From positions 15,652-79,651 of the forward strand of contig CANNQU010000004.1 of the NCBI GenBank assembly GCA_947507965.1: DNA of 64,000 nt. Direction: 5' to 3'. This document shows, in pieces, positions 28,901 to 37,804 of the stretch. The position numbers were made by a program, and so were the translations under genes. Origin of the DNA: Bacteroidota bacterium (GTDB taxonomy: Bacteria > Bacteroidota > Bacteroidia > UKL13-3). Below the pieces are notes generated by a model. It searched no databases. It saw only the letters and a program-made list of their open reading frames with translations, and had not been told where the DNA came from. Positions within the stretch are counted from its first letter, which is position 1, and every line of letters starts with the position of its first letter.

Positions 28901-29293
28901 GACGATTTAAAGCAGGCCGTACGCAACGCCCATTTAGAGCAAAAAGACCCCTTGCTGATTTATAAATTGGAATCGTTCAAGTTATTTAATTTAATGATGG
29001 CCAAGATCAATAAGAATGTTTTGCCGATGTTCTTCCGCGGGCATATTGAAAATAGCTCGAACCAGCCGCAGGTAAGCAACGCACCGGCCCGTAGAAGCAG
29101 CAATATGAATAAGTTGAAACTGTCACGTGAAAGCGATATCCCACAGTTGCAAACGCCGCAGGATGTTCACCCTACCGGAGCAGACCAGGAAAAGGTAGCC
29201 CCAATAAAAGTAGGTCCCAAAGTGGGTCGTAATGATGCCTGCCCTTGCGGTAGTGGGAAAAAATACAAGAACTGCCACGGGAAGGAAGAGTAA
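25979..29293 (+). CDS. secA: Preprotein translocase ATPase SecA
   Basis: DEAD motor motifs are present ([10 protein letters not shown] Walker A, [21 protein letters not shown]). The helical scaffold and wing are present. C-terminal zinc-binding tail [14 protein letters not shown]. Confidence 0.95.
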   Translation: [1104 protein letters not shown]

Positions 29294-29568
29294 AGCGACA
29301 TGCGCCTTGAGACTAAGGTCTTGTGTTTAGAGTACCTTTCCGGGCTCCATTCGGTATTCAGTTTTAATGGAAACAGTAGTATAGAATACCTAATACATGG
29401 TTATGTACAAATACTAACAGCCCTGCATTTTATAATGTGGTGAATTCTGCAGATCAAAAAATAAATGCGTATGAAATAAAAATTCTTCCAATTTTTTCTC
29501 TACACTTGCAATTCACTTCGGCATCTGGATTTCGTTTGTAGGGGTGCCATTTTAAACTAAATCAAATC

Positions 29569-31104
29569 ATGGCAAATACCAAAAGATTATTCATTTTATT
29601 CGTCCTCTTTCTATTTGTTTTCAAATTTTTTCTTAATTCCCAGTCCCTTTCTAAAATTAATAAACCATTCAATAAATTTCATATTCATGGTGCTTGGAAA
29701 CATCCAGATAATACGGAGAGTTATTCTCCATCCGGTACAACTTTACCCAAATTTGAATGGGCAAATGCAATGGGTGGTAAATTGAATGACTTTCCTAAAG
29801 GCGTCACAGTTGATGCATCAGGAAATGTTTATACTACCGGATACTTTTATGGAACGGCCGATTTCGACCCGGGTCCGGGAACTTTTAATTTAACTTCGAA
29901 AGGAAGTTCTGAAAGTTTTATTTCAAAATTGGATGCGAAAGGAAATTTTATATGGGCTAAGAAGCTCGGATTGGGAGAAGGAATTTCAATCGCAGTGGAT
30001 GTAGCAGGAAATATTTATACTACCGGAAGTTTTTCCGGTACTGCTGATTTTGACCCGGGTGATGGTGTATTTAACCTCATAGCATTTGGATCAAAAAGTA
30101 TTTTCATTTCAAAATTAACCAGTGCAGGAAATTTTGAATGGGCCAAATGTATCGGTGGAATTGGTTCCAGCAGCGGAAATTCCATTAAACTTGATGCAGT
30201 CGGAAATGTATTTGTTTCAGGATATTATTCGAGAAGGGTGGATTTCGATCCCGGAATTGATTCCTTCTTTTTAAAATCTGCGGGTGATTATGGAGACGTC
30301 TTCGTTTCCAAGTTTGATTCAAAAGGGAATTTTAACTGGGTAAAGAGTATGGGCGGAAAAGATGAGGATATTGCCTATGATATGCAACTTGATGCAACCG
30401 GTAACATTTATATCGCCGGAACATTCCATGGGTCGGGAGATTTTGATCCTGGTTCGGCTGTAACCACTTTAACCTCTGCGGGCGATGAAGATATTTTCAT
30501 CACTAAATTAAATGAAAAAGGAATCTTGCTTTGGTCAAAAAGAATCGGAGGTACTTCATCAGAACGAGCTCTTTCACTTGCCGTTGATAAAAAGGGAAGC
30601 GTTTTTGTTACAGGATATTTTGCAGGCACAGTTGATTTTGATCCGGGTGAAAATACATTCAATTTAACCGGGTCGCAAAATGGAGAAGCTTTTATACTTA
30701 AACTTACTAACGTAGGAAATCTTGCATGGGCTAAAAATTATTCGAGCACGCAGTATTGTATAGGGAATTCCATCGCAACGGGTGTTTCAGGGGATATTTA
30801 TTTAACAGGAGTGTTTGCAAAAACAACAGATTTCGACCCAGGTAAAGAAATATTTAATGTAACTTCCGCTGGAGGTAAGGATATTTTCATTTCGAAATTA
30901 GATGCTTCAGGAAAGTTTGTTTGGGCAACATCAATAGGAGCAGCAGGAAGAGATGAAGGAGCATCGATTAATGTTGATAAAGCCGGCAATATTTATGCTA
31001 CCGGTTTCTTTTCAGAAACTGTTGATTTCGATCCGGGCACCGGAAAATCTAATCTTACTTCGGGCGGACAACTAGATTTTTTTGTTTTGAAATTGGGAAA
31101 ATAA
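29569..31104 (+). CDS. SBBP (beta-propeller) repeat protein, secreted
   Basis: Signal peptide present. About 9 tandem repeats of approximately 48 aa with the consensus GN.Y.TG.F.GT.DFDPG...F.LTS.G..D.FISKL...G...WAK.(I)GG (PF06739-like). The protein stops right after the last repeat without a T9SS CTD. Confidence 0.8.
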   Translation: MANTKRLFILFVLFLFVFKFFLNSQSLSKINKPFNKFHIHGAWKHPDNTESYSPSGTTLPKFEWANAMGGKLNDFPKGVTVDASGNVYTTGYFYGTADFDPGPGTFNLTSKGSSESFISKLDAKGNFIWAKKLGLGEGISIAVDVAGNIYTTGSFSGTADFDPGDGVFNLIAFGSKSIFISKLTSAGNFEWAKCIGGIGSSSGNSIKLDAVGNVFVSGYYSRRVDFDPGIDSFFLKSAGDYGDVFVSKFDSKGNFNWVKSMGGKDEDIAYDMQLDATGNIYIAGTFHGSGDFDPGSAVTTLTSAGDEDIFITKLNEKGILLWSKRIGGTSSERALSLAVDKKGSVFVTGYFAGTVDFDPGENTFNLTGSQNGEAFILKLTNVGNLAWAKNYSSTQYCIGNSIATGVSGDIYLTGVFAKTTDFDPGKEIFNVTSAGGKDIFISKLDASGKFVWATSIGAAGRDEGASINVDKAGNIYATGFFSETVDFDPGTGKSNLTSGGQLDFFVLKLGK

Positions 31105-31208
31105 TAGCAATCTTTTCGCCATTTACTATTTGTTGAAGTTCTCGATTTTGAAATAAAATAAAGGAGGAAGTATCCCTGAATTATTTAGATTTGCAAGTAT
31201 AAAGACTT

Positions 31209-31600
31209 TTAAATGACGGTTAAATAAAACACAGAGAGCACCGGATGTTTGGGATTGATTAATTCTTTGCGGTAATTCATATCCCCAGTTTCTTGCAACT
31301 TTTTTTTTAAAAAGTCATTTTCTACTTTTAGCTGCCCGATCTGGGCATAAAGTTTCTCCACATCAACGGAATCGGAGGTGTCGGAAATAGATGATTCTTT
31401 CTGGAAAACCACCGCCATATTCGTGAGAAAGTCGGTTTTCCATTTTGAGATCATAACAGCATTTACTTCAAAATGCTGACTCAATTCGGCTAGAGTCTTT
31501 TGGTTTTTAATCGCTTCTAAGGCCACCTTGGCCTTAAATTCAGCTGTGAATTTGCGTCGGGTTTGTTTGGTCATTTGGTGTAGTAAAATTAGTGATTTTT
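31209..31600 (-). mobile_element. IS3-family insertion sequence remnant (orfA only, 3' truncated, no orfB)
   Basis: ORF 31209..31574 encodes an HTH_Tnp_1-type IS3 OrfA (RRKFTAEFKAKVALEAIKNQKTLAELSQHF...ISKWK) with a leucine-zipper-like C-terminus. It ends at an A9G slippery run (TTAAAAAAAAAG = LKKK) typical of the IS3 programmed -1 frameshift. The -1 frame downstream does not encode a DDE transposase, and the region is occupied by an unrelated gene. The outer boundary at 31600 is approximate. Confidence 0.65.
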
Positions 31601-31618
31601 TTAACTAAACCGTTGGTG

Positions 31619-31924
31619 CTATTTTTGGGGAGTATTACAGTATTCATCAAAATGAGACAGGTATTTTATTTCTTCAGGGATGATTTTGGTAAGGGTTTCC
31701 AATACGCAATCAAAAAGAAATTCTGCATGTTTGGTTGCATCAAAAAAGCGATAATAATCCAAAGTGTTATTCATCACCTCAATATTATGCTTGGAAGTTT
31801 CTTCCCATTCAATAAATTCAAGTAACGGTTCAGCTGGTACCGAAATATCCAGATGAGCGACCGGGGTGTTACTATTGTTGACATCTAAATTGAAAACTGT
31901 TCGTCCAAAACTAGTGTAAAGCAA
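31619..31924 (-). CDS. Hypothetical protein (possible gene fragment)
   Basis: 101-aa ORF with no signal peptide or TM, acidic. It overlaps the acyltransferase gene by 14 nt and lies next to the IS remnant. No motif recognised. Confidence 0.3.
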   Translation of the reverse strand: MLYTSFGRTVFNLDVNNSNTPVAHLDISVPAEPLLEFIEWEETSKHNIEVMNNTLDYYRFFDATKHAEFLFDCVLETLTKIIPEEIKYLSHFDEYCNTPQK

Positions 31925-33038
31925 ATTCCTTCTTTGATAAAATAATTCGTATTTTTTTATTTAGAGGCTCCTCAACAATAAAGAAAAGGAGAAATGAAAG
32001 TGAATTTAACAGTATGAAATTAAGACCCACAGAAAACGAGAGACATCTTTCTATAACAGTGGCTATGACTCCAAAATGAATGAGATAGAAAGCGTATGAT
32101 GATTTACCAAGCATAAAAAAGAGTTTACTTGATAATATTTTAGAAATGATTGTCTTTTCGGTAATTAATCCCGAAATAAAAATAGCAGTACATATTGGCA
32201 GTAAGAAAAGATTTATAAATGCAACTAAAATTCCAGTCACGGGAATATATTCTTTAATACAATACTTATGCTGAGTCAAATAAACATTTGCGCATAACAA
32301 TAAGACAATAATTAGCAGCGATAAATATGTTTTTATCCTACTATAATGGATTAATGCGAATGTTTTTTTTCTATAAATATAAACGCTTAAACAAGCGCCA
32401 ATAAGAAACTCTGCAATTCGACCAAAATAGGTATAAGTAAACATGTATCTGAGGCTCTCATTGAAGGAAATGTGATCTATTTTTACTTGAAAACAAATAA
32501 ATAAAATCCCAAATAGGTACGCTACAAATAATATACTAAATAACCTTGTCTTGGTTAGAAAAAGAAAGATAAGAGGCGCTGTAAAATAGAAACACTCTTC
32601 CACTGTAAGGCTCCACCCTTGTTCAATTCCTGTGAATATGTAATAATGTGAGAACGCTTTTAATAATGTGATATTAAAACAGAATGCCAAATAATTATTA
32701 CTATTATTATCAATAAAAAGAGTATTGCTTAAAACAAAAGTAAGTACCGTTAGAAAAAAGTATAATGGATAAATACGTGCAATACGATTAATTATGTAAT
32801 TCCTCCATGTGCTATAAAGGCAAAAGTTATACTCGGAGTATCGATAACTGATCAAAAAACCACTTAAAACAAAAAATATACTCACACCATAATTTAAAGA
32901 GAGTATAAACTCTTTTAAAAAGATATTTTCTATCTTTATTTGCTCATGTTGCAACAAATGATGCATATATACCATATATGCTGCAATGATGCGTAGACCT
33001 GTAATGGATTTGATATAGTGGTCGTTTCGAAGTGCCAT
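31911..33038 (-). CDS. Acyltransferase family 3 (integral membrane O-acyltransferase)
   Basis: Family motif near the N-terminus ITGLRIIAAYMVYMHH (LDGLRG.AA..V...H-type). About 10 TM helices. Very AT-rich coding sequence. Confidence 0.75.
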   Translation of the reverse strand: MALRNDHYIKSITGLRIIAAYMVYMHHLLQHEQIKIENIFLKEFILSLNYGVSIFFVLSGFLISYRYSEYNFCLYSTWRNYIINRIARIYPLYFFLTVLTFVLSNTLFIDNNSNNYLAFCFNITLLKAFSHYYIFTGIEQGWSLTVEECFYFTAPLIFLFLTKTRLFSILFVAYLFGILFICFQVKIDHISFNESLRYMFTYTYFGRIAEFLIGACLSVYIYRKKTFALIHYSRIKTYLSLLIIVLLLCANVYLTQHKYCIKEYIPVTGILVAFINLFLLPICTAIFISGLITEKTIISKILSSKLFFMLGKSSYAFYLIHFGVIATVIERCLSFSVGLNFILLNSLSFLLFFIVEEPLNKKIRIILSKKEFALH

Positions 33039-33150
33039 TATTATATACTAATCTTAAATAAATTTTGGGAAAACCCAAATCAAATTATTCAACAAACACA
33101 CAGCACAATCTAAAAAATGCCATAATCTAAATCAGTGGTATTATCATTAC

Positions 33151-35148
33151 TCAGTGGTTTTGCTTTAATAGCTCCAAATTCTCTTGCGGGGTCTGTTCTA
33201 ATACCTTATATACAATACTACTGTCTAGAACTATCTGTGGCAACAATACTGCATTTAGTTCTTTACAGAGAGTTACTCCTTCTTCAACATATACCCAATG
33301 AACACTAAAATCTCTTAAAAATTTTATTTGGGCGGACTCTATAGAAATCAAAGGGTTTTCGTATCGACATTTTCTAAGGTAAATATAAAATGGAGCCTGC
33401 TTAATCATCTCGAAAAAAAAGTACTGAGACGATGCGTTGTACTTCAAACCTATAAATGAAGTGTCAAGATCAAAAATGGAAAGATCAGCTGTCCGACTAA
33501 AATAAGGTGATATTCCCAGAGCGTCCTGTACAACCTCATCATTTGAAAAAAGGTAAATACTATTGTTACTAGATGGTTTGCAAAAATAAGCAACTTTATC
33601 CTGGGCATTAGCAGAAATTTGCTGAAGCTTTAACTCCTCTGCTAAGGTTTTAGCTTTGAAGAGGTGGTTTATAGTTAAAGGATGCGTAAACAAATTAAGA
33701 ACAATAATTATAAGTACTAAAAACCGTAACTCAACAAACATTAACAGCGTGGCAAGCAGTTTAACAATTAGAATTACCAAAAACGGGTAGAACATCATTA
33801 ACCAAAACTGAAAGGAGTCAGTAGATATAAATGGCAGACACCCCCATGCTAAAATTGGGAGAAGTAAAAAAACAAGAATATTGCTATAGGTGTATGAAGT
33901 GGAATTAATTACTACCAGCAGCTTGATTTTTTGCCATTTATACAGATATATAAGCAATGCAATTATAATTATTCCGTAGATAAAAATTGTTTTGACAAAA
34001 TAAAGTATAGCAACTCCTCCTATATTAATAAGCGTTCGAGAATATAGCAACCAATCAAATTGCTTTTGGTTTGTTTCGAACTTCATCAAATCCAAATCTA
34101 CCCAGGTTGTTTTTTCGGTTTCAGGAAGATACCCATATTTAAAAATTAAAATAACAACCGATATTCCTAAAATAGCTACAGCAATATATAGTGTTTTAAT
34201 TATAATATTTTTTGCGAGATAATCTTTACAAAGAATTAGAAATGAAATTGGAAGTATACTTAAACAAGGAGCATAAAATAGACTTAGCAGCCCACAACCA
34301 ATTGAAAATGCAACATAACTTTTATGAAATAATTGAAGCTCAATAAACAATAAAAAAAGCAGTACAATGCTTAACTTTGGCAAAGCTAAATATGTTACAT
34401 CCCCCCAAAATTCAGAAAAATATCCTAGTTGTAGAGGAAAAAGCTGTCCTAATGGCCCAATAAATAATGAGGTAAACGAAATTATAACTATCCAATAGAT
34501 GGATAGTTTAAATTTTTTTTCTAATAACGCGGCAACACCTAAAACAGTAAGACTAAGTATTTGCCCATAAGCGAAAACAACTAGGGCAATTTCCGCTTTG
34601 CAGCCATACATATTAATAGCTATAGCACTGAGCCAATGTTCACCATAATGATACGGCTCTGGGCGATGATAAAAGGGGAAAAAATAATCAACACACCTGT
34701 TTTCTATGCCGTAGTAATTTATGAAATCAGATATTTTGGAGTAGATCATAAAATCACCTTTTAAATGTTGTTCAATTCCAGGTTGGGGGTAAAAGTGTAG
34801 CCAGAGGAAAGCCGTCAACAAAATGTTGACAGTCGCTAAGTATAAAATTACGTGGAAAGGCGCATAGTCTTGATTTCTTACAATTCTATTAATTGATTTG
34901 AATTGTTTTTTTATGAAAATTATCAAAATGATTATTGAAATGGGAACTAGTGCCAAAATAGTATTGCCGTCTGTTTGAACAATAGCATATAAACTTACTA
35001 CAAAAAGAAATCCCAAAACACTCTTCATAAAGGCACTATAAAAAGGAGATTCGGACTGATCATCGACTCTAAGAATTTTAAATAAAAGATGAGTTATTAG
35101 GTAATAAAGTAGGAGATGCAAAAGATTTAAAAGACCAGAGAATATCAT
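33151..35148 (-). CDS. Large polytopic membrane protein, candidate GT-C-fold glycosyltransferase or polysaccharide polymerase-like protein
   Basis: 665 aa with 12 or more predicted TM helices and a soluble C-terminal domain of about 170 aa. It has an RVDDQSE acidic motif in the first extracytoplasmic loop, as in GT-C enzymes (ArnT/PMT/Stt3 DD/DE motif). It is embedded between a Wzy-like gene and an acyltransferase gene. Confidence 0.4.
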   Translation of the reverse strand: MIFSGLLNLLHLLLYYLITHLLFKILRVDDQSESPFYSAFMKSVLGFLFVVSLYAIVQTDGNTILALVPISIIILIIFIKKQFKSINRIVRNQDYAPFHVILYLATVNILLTAFLWLHFYPQPGIEQHLKGDFMIYSKISDFINYYGIENRCVDYFFPFYHRPEPYHYGEHWLSAIAINMYGCKAEIALVVFAYGQILSLTVLGVAALLEKKFKLSIYWIVIISFTSLFIGPLGQLFPLQLGYFSEFWGDVTYLALPKLSIVLLFLLFIELQLFHKSYVAFSIGCGLLSLFYAPCLSILPISFLILCKDYLAKNIIIKTLYIAVAILGISVVILIFKYGYLPETEKTTWVDLDLMKFETNQKQFDWLLYSRTLINIGGVAILYFVKTIFIYGIIIIALLIYLYKWQKIKLLVVINSTSYTYSNILVFLLLPILAWGCLPFISTDSFQFWLMMFYPFLVILIVKLLATLLMFVELRFLVLIIIVLNLFTHPLTINHLFKAKTLAEELKLQQISANAQDKVAYFCKPSSNNSIYLFSNDEVVQDALGISPYFSRTADLSIFDLDTSFIGLKYNASSQYFFFEMIKQAPFYIYLRKCRYENPLISIESAQIKFLRDFSVHWVYVEEGVTLCKELNAVLLPQIVLDSSIVYKVLEQTPQENLELLKQNH

Positions 35149-35157
35149 AGTGGTTTA

Positions 35158-36270
35158 TTATAAAACTTGTACTTGATTTAAAGTGTTTTCTTTTTTCGCT
35201 TTACTATATAAAAAACAAAAACCTAGCATTACTTCTAGTGCTCCTAGGTTACCCGGGGTCATTATCGGCGCGGTGAGAATAAAAAAATAAACAAAGATCA
35301 GAAGCGCCTTTCCTTCACTAGATGTTTTGAAGTAAAAATAAATAAAGAGCAACAGATAAAAGATCAACGAAATTAGGCCCTGTTCTACAAGAACTTGAAG
35401 ATAAAAATTATGAACCTGTAAACTTTCACCATCCATAACCAATGAACGACCGATACCGAACCATAAATTATTTCGCACAATTGGATAGGCAATTTCTCGC
35501 AATTCCTTTCTTCCTGAATCACTTCCCTTTCTTTCGTCAAAATCGGAGGCAGTCCAAAATTTCAGAAACAGAAATGCTATGATGGGAATAAGAATTATAT
35601 AAATCGTCCTCTGCTTTTTACTTTTTACCCCAATCGTTTTATAGACAAAGAAGGCGAAGAAATATGCAAGCATTCCACCACGATTGCCAGATAGGATTAA
35701 CGTAATAAGCAAGAACAATATCAGATAAATTCGGAATTTTCCTCGATAAGAAAATTGAATGAGTAGAAGAATTAAACCTGTAAAATAACCCAAGGCATTT
35801 TTATCACTATAGAGTCCACTAATATATGTTATTATTAGTCCTCGTTTTTGGAAGGCATAGCGCTCAATCCACGGTGGGGGAGGATTATAGTTAAATATTA
35901 TAAAACCCCAAGCAATAATTAAATTAATCAGAGTAAAGTAAACTGTGATTTTTAAGTAATTTTCATAGTTAATTTTGAAACTGTAATTAAGAAAATAAAA
36001 GCAAATACTTAGGTGAATCATTGTTATAATTATAGCTCCACGATTTCCCTGAAATCCACCTGCTGCCGATGAAAGCAGCACACAAAGCCCACCTATTATT
36101 GTGATAGGATGAAGAATAGTTCCTTTGAAATTGGTTAAAACTGCTATCAGAAAAAATATCACGAGATAGGCTATATTTAGATAGGCCATGTCAAAATTTA
36201 AGACTCTTGTTACTGCTAAATTTTGAAGCATACTTGCAATAAGACTTAAATAGAAAAACAGGTTTATCAT
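35158..36270 (-). CDS. O-antigen ligase / Wzy-type polymerase family membrane protein
   Basis: About 10 TM helices with a larger periplasmic loop containing the conserved R/H-rich segment (NALGYFTG..., LSGNRGGMLAYF). This is typical of the Wzy_C/O-antigen-ligase domain. Confidence 0.6.
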   Translation of the reverse strand: MINLFFYLSLIASMLQNLAVTRVLNFDMAYLNIAYLVIFFLIAVLTNFKGTILHPITIIGGLCVLLSSAAGGFQGNRGAIIITMIHLSICFYFLNYSFKINYENYLKITVYFTLINLIIAWGFIIFNYNPPPPWIERYAFQKRGLIITYISGLYSDKNALGYFTGLILLLIQFSYRGKFRIYLILFLLITLILSGNRGGMLAYFFAFFVYKTIGVKSKKQRTIYIILIPIIAFLFLKFWTASDFDERKGSDSGRKELREIAYPIVRNNLWFGIGRSLVMDGESLQVHNFYLQVLVEQGLISLIFYLLLFIYFYFKTSSEGKALLIFVYFFILTAPIMTPGNLGALEVMLGFCFLYSKAKKENTLNQVQVL

Positions 36271-36286
36271 TTCTCAGAATAATCAA

Positions 36287-37471
36287 TTAATATAAAATAG
36301 CATACAACTTTGCTATTGCGGCATAGCTAAACTCCTCAACTGCTTTATTTCGAGCGGAATCAGACATCTCCCCCCCTTTACTTATACAAAAAACCATACC
36401 TTTATTAAGTTTAGTAGCATTCATTTTCTCCGCTAAATACCCATTTCGTTCATGTGTAATCATGTCTGGCATGCCACCGATATTAAAAGCAACTACAGGG
36501 GTTCCACAAGCCAAAGATTCTAATACGGTACATGGGAAATTATCTTCAAGACTAGGTGCAACAAATACATCTGCCGCACTATAGGTTAGTGCTAAAGTAT
36601 AATCATCCTTTAGTAATCCGAGGTAATTTACTTTTTTCTTCAACCCGAAGTCGGCACTGTTATTATTACCAAAAATAACAACCTCAAAATCTTCATTTTC
36701 TATCGCGTTTACGGCCTCTCTAAAATAAGTAAATCCTTTATTGGGATCTCCTATAACAACTGCACCAAACAGGATGAGCTTTTTGTTAATGGGTAAGTTT
36801 AATTTCTCTCGTGCTGTTTTTTTGTCAAAAGACTGGTACTTTTCTAGATCAATACAATTCGGAATTTGAATAATCTTAAATCCTCTAAACATTGGAGCAA
36901 TAGATGCTCGATCAAACATCCATCGGCTAACACATATTATGGTGGGATTCATTTCTTCCAAAATCTCCCGCTTTTTTAAAAAAATTCGCCTACTTAAATC
37001 GTTTGCATTTTTACTATTCAATTGTGGACAATTGCCACAACCACTCTTCCATAGGTCACAGCCGTGGGTTACATGGCATCCGCCGCTCAGCCACCAGCTA
37101 TCGTGCATATTTATGAATACTTTCTTCTTCAGAGAGGCTAAATATTTCATGTCTTTAAAACCCATGTACCCTTGATGTACCCAATGCAAATGAATAATGT
37201 CTGCTTCTCTTACAATCTTATACCGATTCATCCCGATTCCTATATTCGCAGTACTAAAAGCGGTTTTCGGATTCCGATTGTAAAAAAGCAACGGGATTTT
37301 ATCGAAATAAGACCTGAAAAGAACTCTAAACTTATCCCATTTAGTGTTTGTGCTTACATCAAGCCGATCACTTTGCATACCGGCCCTTTGTAGTGCTTCA
37401 TTTAACGTTCGGGCCGCTTTTCCTGCTCCACCAGGAATCGTATTATTTGATAGGTGAAGTATTTTCATCAA
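36287..37471 (-). CDS. Glycosyltransferase family 4 (GT-B, glycosyl transferases group 1)
   Basis: N-terminal MKILHLSNNTIPGGAG. C-terminal GT1/GT4 nucleotide-sugar binding motif EDNFPCTVLESLACGTPVVAFNIGGMPDMI (E.....E motif). Confidence 0.85.
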   Translation of the reverse strand: MMKILHLSNNTIPGGAGKAARTLNEALQRAGMQSDRLDVSTNTKWDKFRVLFRSYFDKIPLLFYNRNPKTAFSTANIGIGMNRYKIVREADIIHLHWVHQGYMGFKDMKYLASLKKKVFINMHDSWWLSGGCHVTHGCDLWKSGCGNCPQLNSKNANDLSRRIFLKKREILEEMNPTIICVSRWMFDRASIAPMFRGFKIIQIPNCIDLEKYQSFDKKTAREKLNLPINKKLILFGAVVIGDPNKGFTYFREAVNAIENEDFEVVIFGNNNSADFGLKKKVNYLGLLKDDYTLALTYSAADVFVAPSLEDNFPCTVLESLACGTPVVAFNIGGMPDMITHERNGYLAEKMNATKLNKGMVFCISKGGEMSDSARNKAVEEFSYAAIAKLYAILY

Positions 37472-37804
37472 TCTAAACTTCTTTTTCTTTCGACAAATAT
37501 ATTCTTTAAAACATAGAAATTATTATACTTTTCAGTCAGGAATAAAAAACATGGTGAAACAGAATAAGTTCCAATGGACATTTCTTTCCGACAATTTCAT
37601 CTTTTATGGAATCCTAAAGGTGGAACTATTCTTTATTGGGTCATGTGAGGCCCAACATTTTTAACTTGCATTTTAAGAAATGCCTTAATCTTCTCTCCGC
37701 TGAGTATATGTCCTGGAAAGATATCCTGCCAAAACTTACCTTTAGATGCAAAGGCTTTGATATTCGTAAATATTTAATTTTCCCGTTGCTTGATTTGAGT
37801 TAAC

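Noticed and set aside
26104-28926. Cluster of short ORFs on both strands inside secA, including Ser/Lys-rich 26104..26487
   Set aside because: They overlap the conserved SecA reading frame. The low-complexity translation is a typical antisense artefact.
29860-31050. Regularly spaced near-identical DNA repeats that could be mistaken for a CRISPR-like array
   Set aside because: They are in-frame codons for the GTADFDPG core of SBBP protein repeats. The spacers are the remainder of each protein repeat. There is no leader and no cas genes.
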